A stretch of DNA of 63,986 nt, filler included, from Octopus bimaculoides (lineage: Eukaryota), in assembly GCF_001194135.2 (NCBI RefSeq). It is 8 parts of 7 records of this genome, joined end to end, with 100 filler letters (N's around TTAATTAATTAA, not from the genome) between each part and the next. Parts side by side here need not be neighbours in the genome. Positions count along the whole stretch, not along the records: positions 1 to 11,439 come from NC_069001.1; 7 more parts are not named here. One strand, written 5' to 3'. This document shows, piece by piece, positions 1-10,727 of the stretch. The notes beneath the pieces were generated by a model, which had not been told where the DNA came from, searched no databases, and was given only the letters and a program-made list of their open reading frames with translations. The translations under genes and the position numbers were made by a program. The number at the start of each line of letters is the position of its first letter. Position 1 is the first letter of the stretch.

Positions 1-30
1 TATATGTGTGTGTGTGTGTGTATGTATTAG

Positions 31-170
31 CCACATGTGAACTGTTTGCGATTTCCCCTTATTTTTCCTTCTTTCTTGTTTCCAATGAAGAGGTATACTC
101 AAAACATTAGCAACACCTCTCTCCCTTCACCAAGCATCAAATTAATATATTCCTTGTGCATGTCCTCACG
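31..170 (+). mobile_element. Decayed copy of a short hammerhead-bearing (Penelope-like/retrozyme-type) repeat
   Basis: Aligns by eye to the reverse complement of 2221-2425 (ccacatgtgaactgtttgcg vs ccacatgtgaattgttggca; ccaatgaagaggtatactcaaaacatt vs ccgaagaagagctttgctcgaaacgta). All three core CpGs are changed to CpA. Confidence 0.6.
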
Positions 171-400
171 TGTGCGTGTATATATATATATATATATATA
201 TTCATATTCCACCTAGAGACCTTTTTTCCACTATTTGTCTCTTTGCTGTTATTACTGATACATTTCTCTCACCAAAATGTGAGTAACCATGGGGTTCGTC
301 TACCAGTAGAACCTACTCTTTCTCATCTCCTTGTTTCATACCTTGACCTCCATTGACTAGCATAAAGCTCCTCTTCTCAGGTTTCATAGGCTTGCAAGCT

Positions 401-608
401 GCAGTGCCACCTTACTGGCACTTGTGGCATGAGGAAAACACCCAGTACGCACTCTACAGTAGTTGGCATTAGGAAAGGCATCAAACTGTAAAAACTTTGC
501 CAATGCAGAAGTTGGAGTATGATGCATTTTGTGGATCCACTGACCCTGTCAAACCATCCAACCCATGCTAGCATGGAAAATGGTCATTAAATGCAAATGA
601 TGGTGATG
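401..608 (+). mobile_element. SINE-C 3' portion (CpG-decayed)
   Basis: Ends ...ctgtcaaaccatccaacccatgctagcatggaaaatggtcattaaatg...atg. The same terminus occurs at 56115-56173 (-) and 60722-60790 (+). Confidence 0.65.
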
Positions 609-1129
609 TATACATGTGTATATAGATATAATACCCAGCAAGGGTCATAGAATCATGAAGGTACACATGCCATTGGCTTTTGAATGGTTTTGAATGTTGT
701 GGTTCATATTTTCACTTGATGAAAATGGTTCTTTCTAATGATGTAATGTCTCCATTAGTCAGTTAAAAATTTGTTGGAAACAGCTGTAGTGAATTGACAC
801 ATCCATTTGTTGTTATTTATTTATTTATTATTCACCTCTCTCGGAATGTGTTCCTTGCATAGATCCAAAGTATATTATGGACTGTACATTTAGTGCAGTA
901 TATATTTGTTCGATTAGCCTCAGGGCTAGTGACATAAGTCGGGTACAGTTAATCATATGCATAACCTGAATATCTGTCTGCCTGTACTTTGGTACCTGCG
1001 TGTGTATTCCTCCATCTTTTACTTTTCGACCCGACCTGGTGCCTTACCATTTAAGTGCCTGATTCAGTTGAATCCTTATCTATTATATAATATGTATATA
1101 TGCATATGTATATTTATATAAAGACTGGC

Positions 1130-1388
1130 ATTCTGTTAGCTATGATGATGAGGGTTCTTGTTGATCTGCTCAATGGAACAGCCTGCTTTATGTAGTTCTC
1201 AGAGAGATTCAATGTGACATGGTTGGCCCATTTGAATTTCATGTACAACTCATTTTTGCCAGCTGATTGGACTGGAGCAATGTGAAATAATGTATCTTGT
1301 CCAGAAACACAACATGCCACCAAGAATCAAGCTCATGACTTTACAGTAATAAGCCGAATGGTCTAACCACTAAACCACGTGCCTTTAC
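1130..1388 (-). mobile_element. SINE-D copy, decayed
   Basis: Shares agctgantggactggagcaatgtgaaataa...cacaac...ctaaccactaaaccacgtgcctt with 19894-20030 and 35095-35440. The tRNA-like head is at the right end. Confidence 0.7.
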
Positions 1389-2220
1389 ACATTTATATAT
1401 ATGTATATATATATAAATACCTCTACTAGGAGTTTGGGGGTCGGTAGATGGTACTATTCTTCACTCCTATACACAATGTGGTTTAACAATAACCATCATA
1501 CCTCCTGATAGGCTTGTACACATAATTCTTAGTTGTAGGTACCTTCATAAGAGATTATCCCAAGAATTGTTTTTTTCCATGCACCTGACAGAAGCACTCA
1601 CCTGATTGGGATGTAATACTGCAATGGAACATGTGACACTATACCAAAAAGATTTTGATTCAATAGTTTCACACTCTGATCACACATTTTGACAACAACT
1701 ATAAACTTGCTGCGTAAGCCAGTTTAGAGAATTTGACCCATGTTTGGTGATAATACCAAGGAAGTGAGTTGATTGTATTGCACTGTAAGGCCAACTGGCT
1801 TGTGTAATAGTGAGAATTGATTTTTGAAAACATGTGTATGCTATATAAAGCTTACAATTATCAATTGTATTTTCTGTTTATTGTTACTATATGTAGTCTG
1901 TGTGCATGTTTATGTGTATGCATATATGTGTATACGTATGTATTGTATACCTATGTATTTGTGTATGTATATATATTTATGCAGAACACAGCCAATTTCT
2001 TGTACAAAGAGAGGTAGATAGACAGGCTAAGAAAAAGAAACAGGGAGAGAAAAAGAATTGAATGCAATACTGAACTGTCTTAATTATAGACCTTGAAGGG
2101 ATAAAAGTTGAATTTGACAGGATTTAGACTAAGATAGCAGGGATGTGAAATGAATAGGGCAAGGCAATTTATCTAATCCCCTAACAACTTAGCCAGTTCA
2201 CCATATATATATATATATAT

Positions 2221-2425
2221 AGTAAATCCCCAAAATCAAAGAACAAACACAAAAAACAACAATGCGAGGATGTGGTACATGTAAAGTATTAGCAGATAGA
2301 TGCTCAAGGGTGGAAAGGTGGTTTTACGTTTCGAGCAAAGCTCTTCTTCGGAAACAGAGGAAAGTCCAATAGAAAAGGAAGGCAAAGATTAAAAAATTGC
2401 CAACAATTCACATGTGGTTACAATA
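2221..2425 (-). mobile_element. Short hammerhead-bearing (Penelope-like/retrozyme-type) repeat
   Basis: Second copy of the 31-170 family, in opposite orientation. Contains the hammerhead-like core at 2321-2355. Confidence 0.65.
2321..2355 (-). ncRNA. Minimal type I hammerhead ribozyme-like motif (U4C variant)
   Basis: Minus strand reads GUUU-CCGAAGA-A-GAGC(UUU)GCUC-GAAAC-GUA-AAAC. Stem I is GUUU/AAAC, stem II is GAGC/GCUC, stem III is the palindrome ACGU, and the predicted cleavage triplet is GUA. The core differs from CUGANGA at one base. Confidence 0.55.
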
Positions 2426-3268
2426 TANNNNNNNNNNNNNNNNNNNNNNNNNNNNNNNNNNNNNATAGATTGTTGCTTGAAATGCCGTGCAGATTTTATA
2501 TATTAAGAAAAAGGAATTTTGGATAATTATTTATTTAGTGCTTTGAGAGATTCATCAGGAATTATATTTTTACAGAAAATTTATGTCTTTTATTATATAT
2601 GAGTTAGTTGAAAAAAATCTGGAGTTGAATTGGGAAGAGAATGGTTCTTTCTTATTTTGAATGTGGTGAAGGTGAAAGTAAGCCGTCCACTTTACTTTTT
2701 ATTATATTTCTTGCATGCACCAAAGATGAGTCATGAGTAATGCGCAAAGTAATTTCAAAGCAACTGTAGCTTTCCGGCCGTGACCATTCCATCGCTTAAT
2801 TCTTTACCCTAAGCCTGAATCGCAACTTTAACTCTCAATCGTTAACCTAAATCTACAACGCTTAAACCCTAAACTTAGAACTTACCCTCACCCTTATTCT
2901 GAAGTCTGAATAAACCCTAAAGGAACTCCATCTTAAAAATGACGTGTCTTTCATTGATTGTACTAAATCTTATTGAACACAAGTGCATGCGTAAAACCCA
3001 GGATATACCGGCTTTTTGCTTCATGCTTTGAGAAATTTCCGTTTGGAATCTTAAATTTCAGGATGCCATACACACAAACACATGCATGCTTTTTGTTCTC
3101 TCTCTCTCTCTAGCTATCTATCTATCTCTGTGTGTGTCTGTGTGCATACGCGTCACATTTCCTACCAAAACGAGAAACCCTTAATTGTTATCCTAGCATT
3201 ATTAGGCTACTAACGAAGACAATCGTACAATATCAGTATATGTAATAATACAAACAACAGCATCACAC

Positions 3269-3298
3269 ACCGCATTTGCTCGAGAATAAGTCGCACCC
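3269..3298 (+). mobile_element. Possible Tc2/pogo-type terminal inverted repeat fragment
   Basis: accgcatttgctcgagaataagtcgcaccc resembles pogo/Tc2 ends as I recall them (CCGTATTT...TATAAGTCGCAC). A subterminal echo ttagtcacaccc lies near 3377. No partner TIR was found. Confidence 0.35.
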
Positions 3299-3521
3299 CA
3301 CTAATTTAGTGTTAAATCTTGGTACAATTGTTTTCCCGTTTTCCCTTCATAGTTTTGTCTTTACCCCATGCACAAATTAGTCACACCCATTCCTTCTTTT
3401 TTTTTTTTTCAATTAAAAATCAAGTATAAAATAATCCTATTTAATACACAAGTATAACACCGCATATNNNNNNNNNNNNNNNNNNNNNNNNNNNNNNNNN
3501 NNNNNNNNNNNNNNNNNNNNN

Positions 3522-3553
<32 letters not shown>

Positions 3554-6539
3554 CCACACGTTGTATGTATCCCTATGTGAGTGGGAATCTGGAAGCAAAT
3601 TGCCGCTAACATGGTTGTACGCATTGTCTGCGTCCCGATGAGAGCTGATGTGTCCCGTTTAATTAATCTAATTTGCGAATTCCTTATATATTATGAATAT
3701 TTTACAGTCATATTCATTTGTGTTTGTGTTTATGCATATGTGTGTGTTTGAGCGTGCGTGCTTGTATATACGCACTGTGAGAGCTTGAAGGAATGTCTGT
3801 TTGTGTGTGTGCGTGAATGAATGTGTTGGACGCATATATAAAATGAATGAATGTGGAGTATTAATGTGTGTATATGGATGTGAGTGTTTGTTATGTTCGA
3901 ATGTGTGTCTGTGTGATTAAAGCTTAGTTATAAATAAATATATACGGTTTCGGTGAAAATTACTTTCAACTTAGTTCCATTGTTACAAAGTGGTGGTTGT
4001 AGTGCTCCGGAAATCTGTCCTTCAGTGTTTCTTATTCGTTTGTTTATTGTCTGAAAAACAAATCTTAATTGAAAAGTTGCTACTTCCTCCTCTCGTACTT
4101 TTTATAATTTTTGAAAGCGAGTACAACCCACCATCACCATTATCGTTAGCAACATCGCCGTCGTCGTAATAATAGTCATCATCATCATCGTCACCATCAC
4201 CGCCGGCATCATCTTCATCATCCCACCGAATACAGACTATTGTCCATTTATATTTTTCGCAGCATCACTTTTGTCTCTGGCATTTCGTTTCATTTTTCTC
4301 GTCACTTCTATTTTATTGTCATTGCTAAACACACACACACACACACATGCTTGGCATTTTAGCCTACTTTTATATATATATATATATATATATTCATATT
4401 AGCATGTGTACACATCCACAAATACATCACACATAAACCTTTTTTATTTGAAAATAATTTGTAGGGTTTACTTAAACTCCCGGTGCTTATCGAAACTCTG
4501 TTATGTTCCGAGACCAATATATATTGGTTGATAGGAGCACCACCATACCGCGTGCTAGTGAAGGCATGTTCTTTCTTTTCTTTATTATTCAATTTATGGA
4601 TTATAAAGCTCTTTGCCCGTTTCTTTTGAAAAGACTAACTGAAATAAATTAATAAAAATGCATGCCCATATTTTAATTTAATAAACTAAAATCTTTTAAT
4701 ATAAGCATTGTGTTCTTCCCCTATCTTACAACCCAAAGAAATAATAGACACATCTTTCTCTCTCAAGCTATCTTTCTCCCTCCTCTTTGTATATGTATTG
4801 TATACATGTGTAGCTATATACAAATATATATAGAGTCGTGTATTTAACGAATCTGTCTATGTATCTATCTATCTACCCACATGCACACGTACTTACATCC
4901 TGATGCTCGCTCACAAAAGCGCATATAAACACACATACACACCCACAAAATACCAAGTGCGTGTTGCAATAGATGACCAGGCATGTGATAGGTAGAAGCA
5001 GCTATGACAAAAAGAGAACCTACACAGGCATGCATGTAACTATGTTTACATACATATTTGCTGCAGCTATCAATATGTTCGGAGTGCAACCGGTTTATAT
5101 CGGTGCACCATTTATTTCCATGCATTGCACATATTTCTTTATCATCAGATACATTAATTTTTTAAAATTCTTTCTTAATTTCTCTGCACTGTGTAATTGG
5201 TTATACGTATGCATGGCTGCATACATATTTTGATACGAACTGCACGTATGTAACATGCACGTTTATACATACAACATATACATGTGTGTGTGTATATATA
5301 GCGACTGCTGTATACATATAATGACATTATATATATATATATAGTAACATATGCACGTACAAAACATATTCAGATGTATATATAGATATATCTAGCGACA
5401 TATATACATGTACTACAATGAAAATGCATATACGACGATTGTGCTTATATCTATCTATCTGTCTGTCTGTCTGTGTGTGCCTAATGCTCTTTTGCTGTTG
5501 TGTGTACGCAACTTCAGGCAGAATATTAATTGGCCAAATGAGAGGATATTCGCTTTCATATTTTTTCTTTTCCTGAAGAATACGTGGTAGAAAAGCGATG
5601 CGAAACAGTCCTGTCTAGGAAAGACGAAACACGGTTGTGGCGCATTCGATTCTCCCGGGATTTTCTTCAATCGTTGCGTTAAAACGATATACCTAAAACC
5701 CACAACATCCTGGTTTCTTTGAATATGCAATCAACCATTCTTGCTATGCTACGAAATGCATGCCATCAATGTTTTTATCACGTTCTTAGACACACACACA
5801 CGTATGCACGCACATATTTGCTTGTTTTCTATTTGAATGCGTTTCGTCTACCCGTGTCCATCTCTCTTTCTTTCTCTCCTCTCTCTGTTTGCCTGTCTGC
5901 CTGTTCACCTTTCTCTCTCTCTCCATCTCTGTCTTGCTTTCTGTCTGTCTTTGTTTTTATCTCTTTCTCTCTCTCTTTCATTCTCTGCTTGTCTCTATCA
6001 ATGCACACAGACAGCAAATATAAAACGTACAGATGCACCAGCTCAATAAATATTTCTTGCACATATTCCACAGACGTGAATAGAAAGCGACGTCTTGAGA
6101 ATGCAATATTGTGTAATTGTCTGAAACTGGGTGGTGTCTTTGTTTACCAAGAACACGACGAAACTCCCTCCCTTCCTGTATTCCCCCCTCTCTCTCTCTT
6201 CGTATATATGGTTTCTTTTTCATGCAAGCTCATACGTTTTTTATTTTCACAGAAATGTAAAAATGCCAAAACAAATAAAATAGACAGATAGATAAATAAA
6301 CGAATAACAAAAACAGTTGAATCAAACATAGAAGGATGAAAGATTTTTTTTATTGTTGTGTCAAGCTATTTTCCACCTGGGTGCTGGTGTAGCTTATTTC
6401 TCTCCAGGCACATATCGTAATAAAATAGTAATAATAATGGTGATGATGATTTGTTGCATCTTCATCGCTTTATAAACGTTTAGAACTAAGACAAAAAGAA
6501 GAAAAAGAAATAGAAAAGAAAACGAAGCAACAGAAATAC

Positions 6540-7140
6540 TCAGGTCGGTGATTTCTCTATATTTAATATATATAAAAGCTTATCGACGTTCCCGTATTAT
6601 GCGGGAATTTCCCGGTGTTAATAATTTCCTGACGCATTCAGGCTTTCCACCGAATATTCCCGCCTTTGATAAAGTCTTTACGATTTTATCGCATTTTACC
6701 TTGTTCACGATTCCCTTTGTAAAATTTAAAAAAAAAAAGGAGGGGAAATGTTAATCAACAGAAGATAAAGCGGGAAGAGTACACACTCCAGAACAAATAG
6801 CGTGTTCCAGTCGTGCCCTGCGGACATAACCGGGATGGCGTCGCTGCAGAGAATGGCCGGCGACACTCACTACCGCAGCCTCCCTTCCCCACCACCTTGC
6901 GGGGCCGCAGTTATCGCGATTTTGCTGACGAAATCGGCAGTGCGGGGTCAGAAAATGGGACCCGGACAAACACCTGACGTCTCGACGGCGACCGGCACAA
7001 ACTGATTAATGGCCGGTCAGGCTCCTAACATATTTAGTTTTCTCTGCGTTATGGGCGGCTATACCCCGGGTGGGGCGTCTTCAGTGCCGTCCTACGATCT
7101 TTGATTCTGATCGTCTTTCGGCTTATTCCAGGCGTATCTT
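6540..7140. promoter_or_regulatory. CpG/GC-rich unique segment, candidate promoter or enhancer
   Basis: Sharp rise in GC and CpG over the AT-rich background. Contains GGGAATTTCCC (6603-6613), TTAATCAA (6751-6758), AGATAA (6763-6768), TGACGTC (6975-6981) and TGATTAAT (7003-7010). No second copy seen in the window. Confidence 0.4.
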
Positions 7141-7146
7141 TTTATC

Positions 7147-7498
7147 GTTTACTTATTCCAGTCATTGGACCGCGGCCATGCTGGGACACCGCCTAGACAA
7201 ATCGTTCCCAGTACTTACGTTTTGAAAAAAATTAAAGATTGGAATTTATTCTATCGGTCTCTTGCCGAACCGCTAAGTTACGGGAACGCAAGCATACCAA
7301 CACGGGTTGCAAAGCTGTTGTGGGGAACAAACACAACACAAACACACACACACACATACACGGCGGGCTTCTATCAGTTTCCTTCTACCAAATCCACCCA
7401 TATGGCTTTGATCGGGTTTGTCCAAAGTGTCGCGCAGTGGGATTGAACCTAAGACCATGTGGTTGGGAAGCAAACTTCTTAACCACACAGCTTCGCCT
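7147..7498 (-). mobile_element. SINE-A, near full length with internal deletion
   Basis: Reverse complement starts aggcgaagctgtgtggttaagaag... with B-box-like ggttcaatccc. It has an internal (TG)n tract and the shared 3' module (...ccgtaacttagcggttcggcaa...gaccgatagaataa...cagcatggccgcgg...aatgactggaataa). Confidence 0.8.
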
Positions 7499-8287
7499 AA
7501 AAAATGTAGGTAGGAAGGGTTGATTTACGCTAAGTCCTTCTCTTAATGTGCGAAGAATCTCGATGTATTGCCATCTCGTTCATAATATTGCTGTCTTTGT
7601 TTTAGTTACATTTAGCGTGTGTATTAGTGTATTTGTGTGAATGCGTGCATATGTGTGTGTGTGTGCATGTATGTATGTGTGTCTGTCTGTGTGTCTGTCT
7701 GTGTGTGATTTCAACTTGAAAGACTTTTGCATTGAAAATAGGCAATTAGTGGAGTTTTGCTTTTATGATTTTGCGAACAAAGAAATTCCGGGGAATGTCT
7801 CAACGATTTGGTTATGTCTAGAAATGGCAATTAATAATAAGGTTCTTTAGCTTTTTTTGAAACACTGCAGAATTTTTGTTTTTCATAATTTTGTAACTAT
7901 AAACTCTATCCGGTTCATTTGTTTGCAAACAGCCTTCTCAAGGCCAGTGTTGTTGGAAATATATATTAACTGTTTTATCAGGCTGTTCTTTGTGTCGTAT
8001 TTTACAATTTCAATTTGTTTTTTTCTTTCTTTCTTTTGTGTGTGTGTGTGAGGAGAAGAGATGTTACCTGCTAGATAGTGAATGGGCGTTATTTTCTTAA
8101 GAAATTTTTGGGTGAATTTATGAAATTGGATAGTATATTTGAAACAAAAATATCTTGTCTGAGAGGAGATGACGTAAAAAGGTGAAGAAAATCACCTAAG
8201 CTGTACAGATGTTTTTCTTCATTGGGATTATAACTAAATCCATAATAAACAGATTATTTAATGAAGGTAATATTTCAAATGTGTGTT

Positions 8288-8508
8288 AAGGCTGCGAACT
8301 GGCAGGATCGCTGGCTTGCCGGACGCAATGTTTAGTGGCATTTCGTACGTCTTTACGTCCTGACTTCAAAATCCCGCCGAGGTTGACTTTGCCTTTTATT
8401 TCTTCGAGGTCGATAAAATAAGTACCAGTTGAGCGCTGGAGGTTAATGTAATCGACTTACCCCTTTCTCCGAAATTGCTGGCCTTATCCCAAAATTTCAA
8501 ACCAGTAT
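8288..8508 (+). mobile_element. SINE-B copy
   Basis: aaggctgcgaactggcagga...ttcaaaatcccgccgaggttgactttgccttt...gtcgataaaataagtaccagtt matches more than 10 other copies in the window. Confidence 0.8.
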
Positions 8509-8598
8509 TTCAAATGTAAGTGAATGTTTGTTTCAGAGCTGTTCTTGATTTTTAGAAAATTGCTGTTACAAAGTCTCCTTGAAAAAGTTACTTAAAAG

Positions 8599-8670
8599 CA
8601 GTGGCGGCTCGTGTTTATGGCACTGCGGAACTGCAGCACCCCAACTAATTTTATCTACGAGCCGCCACTG
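8599..8670. mobile_element. 72-bp hAT-superfamily MITE
   Basis: Perfect 14-bp TIRs CAGTGGCGGCTCGT (8599-8612) and ACGAGCCGCCACTG (8657-8670), flanked by a perfect 8-bp TSD CTTAAAAG (8591-8598 and 8671-8678). An 8-bp TSD with a CAG start is typical of hAT. Confidence 0.9.
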
Positions 8671-8809
8671 CTTAAAAGTGAATTCTTAAAGAATTCGCTG
8701 TCAGGTGGTGCCTTTCATTCAATAAAATAAATTTTTCCTCAGGTGTCTTTTTCTGTTTTTTTTTGTTGTTGATAGTTACAGTATTTTTGGCTTATTTTTT
8801 GTTAGCTAG

Positions 8810-8903
8810 TGGCCTTGTGGTTAGGGTATTACACTCACGATCTTGAGTTCATGGTTTCGATTCTACGACCGGGTGATGCGTTGTGTTCTTGAGCAAGTGT
8901 GTG

Positions 8904-8943
<40 letters not shown>

Positions 8944-9125
8944 CCCCCTCCCCGCTTGACAATCGATATTGGTATATTTACGTCCCCGTAACTTAGCAAT
9001 TCGGCAAAAAAAAAAAAACCGATGAAATATGTACTAGGCTTTAAAAAAATAACTACTGGGGGTCGATTCCTTTGACTAAAGTTCCCTAGCATGGCCTCAG
9101 TTCAATGACTGAAACCAGTAAAAGA
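8810..9125 (+). mobile_element. SINE with SINE-D-type tRNA head and SINE-A-type 3' module
   Basis: Head tggccttgtggttagggtatt...ggtttcgattc...gcgttgtgttcttgagcaag, then (TA)/(TG)n, then cgcttgacaatcgat...tacgtccccgtaacttagc...agcatggcctcagttcaatgactgaaac. Confidence 0.75.
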
Positions 9126-9222
9126 TATGTTTAAGTAAAACTGAGTTTCTAGCTTATTCATAGAATGTTGCCAAATAACATAATTTCCCCGACAAATGTT
9201 TGAGACGAAGTTTTAACCTTTG

Positions 9223-9270
9223 GCTATATGTGTATCGTCTGCATACTTATGCAGACGATACACATATAGC
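9223..9270. repeat. Perfect 22-bp-arm palindrome with 4-nt loop
   Basis: gctatatgtgtatcgtctgcat-actt-atgcagacgatacacatatagc. Confidence 0.9.
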
Positions 9271-10496
9271 AAAGTAGGAATCGTTGTGATGGACAAGTAT
9301 CATTTTAGAATCGATGTTTTGTTAAGGTATCCATCTACAACCTGTAACGCTGAAAGACAAATGGTAGGTTGATATCTAAGTATTAACGTTTTACTGGTTA
9401 TTCCACACTCTTTTGACGCTGGAAGATGGCTGGCTGGTTAATATTTAAGTATCTGTCTGCAGTTGAAGATTCTACACTCAAGTGGTGCTGAAGAAAGAGC
9501 ATTCAATTAAATTAAGCTTAACAAACTCCAAATAGGTCATTGCTTCAGGCACATGGCATATTGTCTTCTCTTATTACAATAAAACTGGAAGACATTGTGC
9601 CATATTATATATTATATAAGTAGTAGAAGCCAGTCAACATGTTCGTGCGTGAACACAGTAAACCGTACAATATTTCGTCTACTATATATATATATCTTAT
9701 ATAGTGGCTGTCAACTCATAGGCGGGTGTGGCCATCCCTGACAAAATGTTCTCCTAGATCAGTGTTTCTCAACCATTTTTTGTCTTTGGTCCCCTTTCAT
9801 TCCTATTTTACTCGGATGAACCCTCATAGACATTTGATGTTAAAAAAAAAACCAAATCGTAATTTATTTTTATAGAAGCTTGCTTCCCGACCACATGAGG
9901 CAGATGTTATTTCGGAATTTCCTTGTTCAAGAGATATGTTTAAACAATAGCTAGGTGTTGGTCAATTCAATCTGTACTGGATGTGAATATGTTCATCATA
10001 TTACACTATATAAAGAAACGAAAGAGGTTTTTTCTGTGAAAAGGAGAAAAACAGTTTGTGGGCGCGCGCACACATACGTGCTTGTACAGATCACATTTTT
10101 TTTTTCAACATTTCAAGTTTCATTTTGTAGCTATATTTGTGTTTTATGTCAGTCTGTATGTGTGCGTGCCCACCACTCTTTTTCCATATTAAATTCCGAT
10201 ATATTAGTAATACACACAATCTGAAAGATATTTGTTGAAAATTTCATTAAAAAAATACTTTTTTTCTGAAAGTTATGAAGAAAAAGTCAACTTGCTGAAT
10301 TTTCAAAATTCTTCTCCTTCCTCTCCGAAAACATTTTTCACATTAAATTTCGGTATAGTTATAATATTCACTATCCGAAAGGTATTTGTAGAAAATTTCA
10401 TTAAAAAATATCCATTTTTCTTAAATTTATAAAGAAACAAATTTGACTCGTGTGAATTATACGAAAATACGTATCAGGTTGATGTTAACCCGACTA

Positions 10497-10727
10497 TATT
10501 TCTTTATTGCCCCCAGGGTGCTAAACATAGGGGGACAAACAAGCACAGACAAAGGGATTCAATCGATTACATCGACTCCAGTGCGTAACTGGTACTTATT
10601 TAATCGACCCCGAAAGGATGACAGGCAAAGTCGACCTCGGCAGAATTTGAACTCACAACGTAACGGCAGACGAAATACCGCTAGGCATTTCGCCGGGCGT
10701 GCTAATCATTCTGCCAGTTCGCCGCCC
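10497..10727 (-). mobile_element. SINE-B, near full length, CpG-intact, with TSD-like flanks
   Basis: Full head-to-tail match to the family. Flanking 17-bp direct repeats gttaacccgactatatt (10484-10500) and gttaacccggctatatt (10736-10752). Confidence 0.85.

Noticed and set aside
2790-2925. Degenerate CCCTAA-like repeats (interstitial telomere?)
   Set aside because: Only scattered ccctaa/cctaa words without a tandem array. More likely part of an old transposon.
4513-4528. 16-bp palindrome ACCAATATATATTGGT (CArG-like)
   Set aside because: The A/T spacer is 10 bp rather than the 6 of a CArG box, and it is centred on a TA run that is trivially palindromic.
6802-7005. 67-aa ORF in the CpG-rich island called as a CDS
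   Set aside because: No recognisable homology, and GC-rich DNA readily yields short ORFs. It is mentioned only as part of the regulatory candidate.
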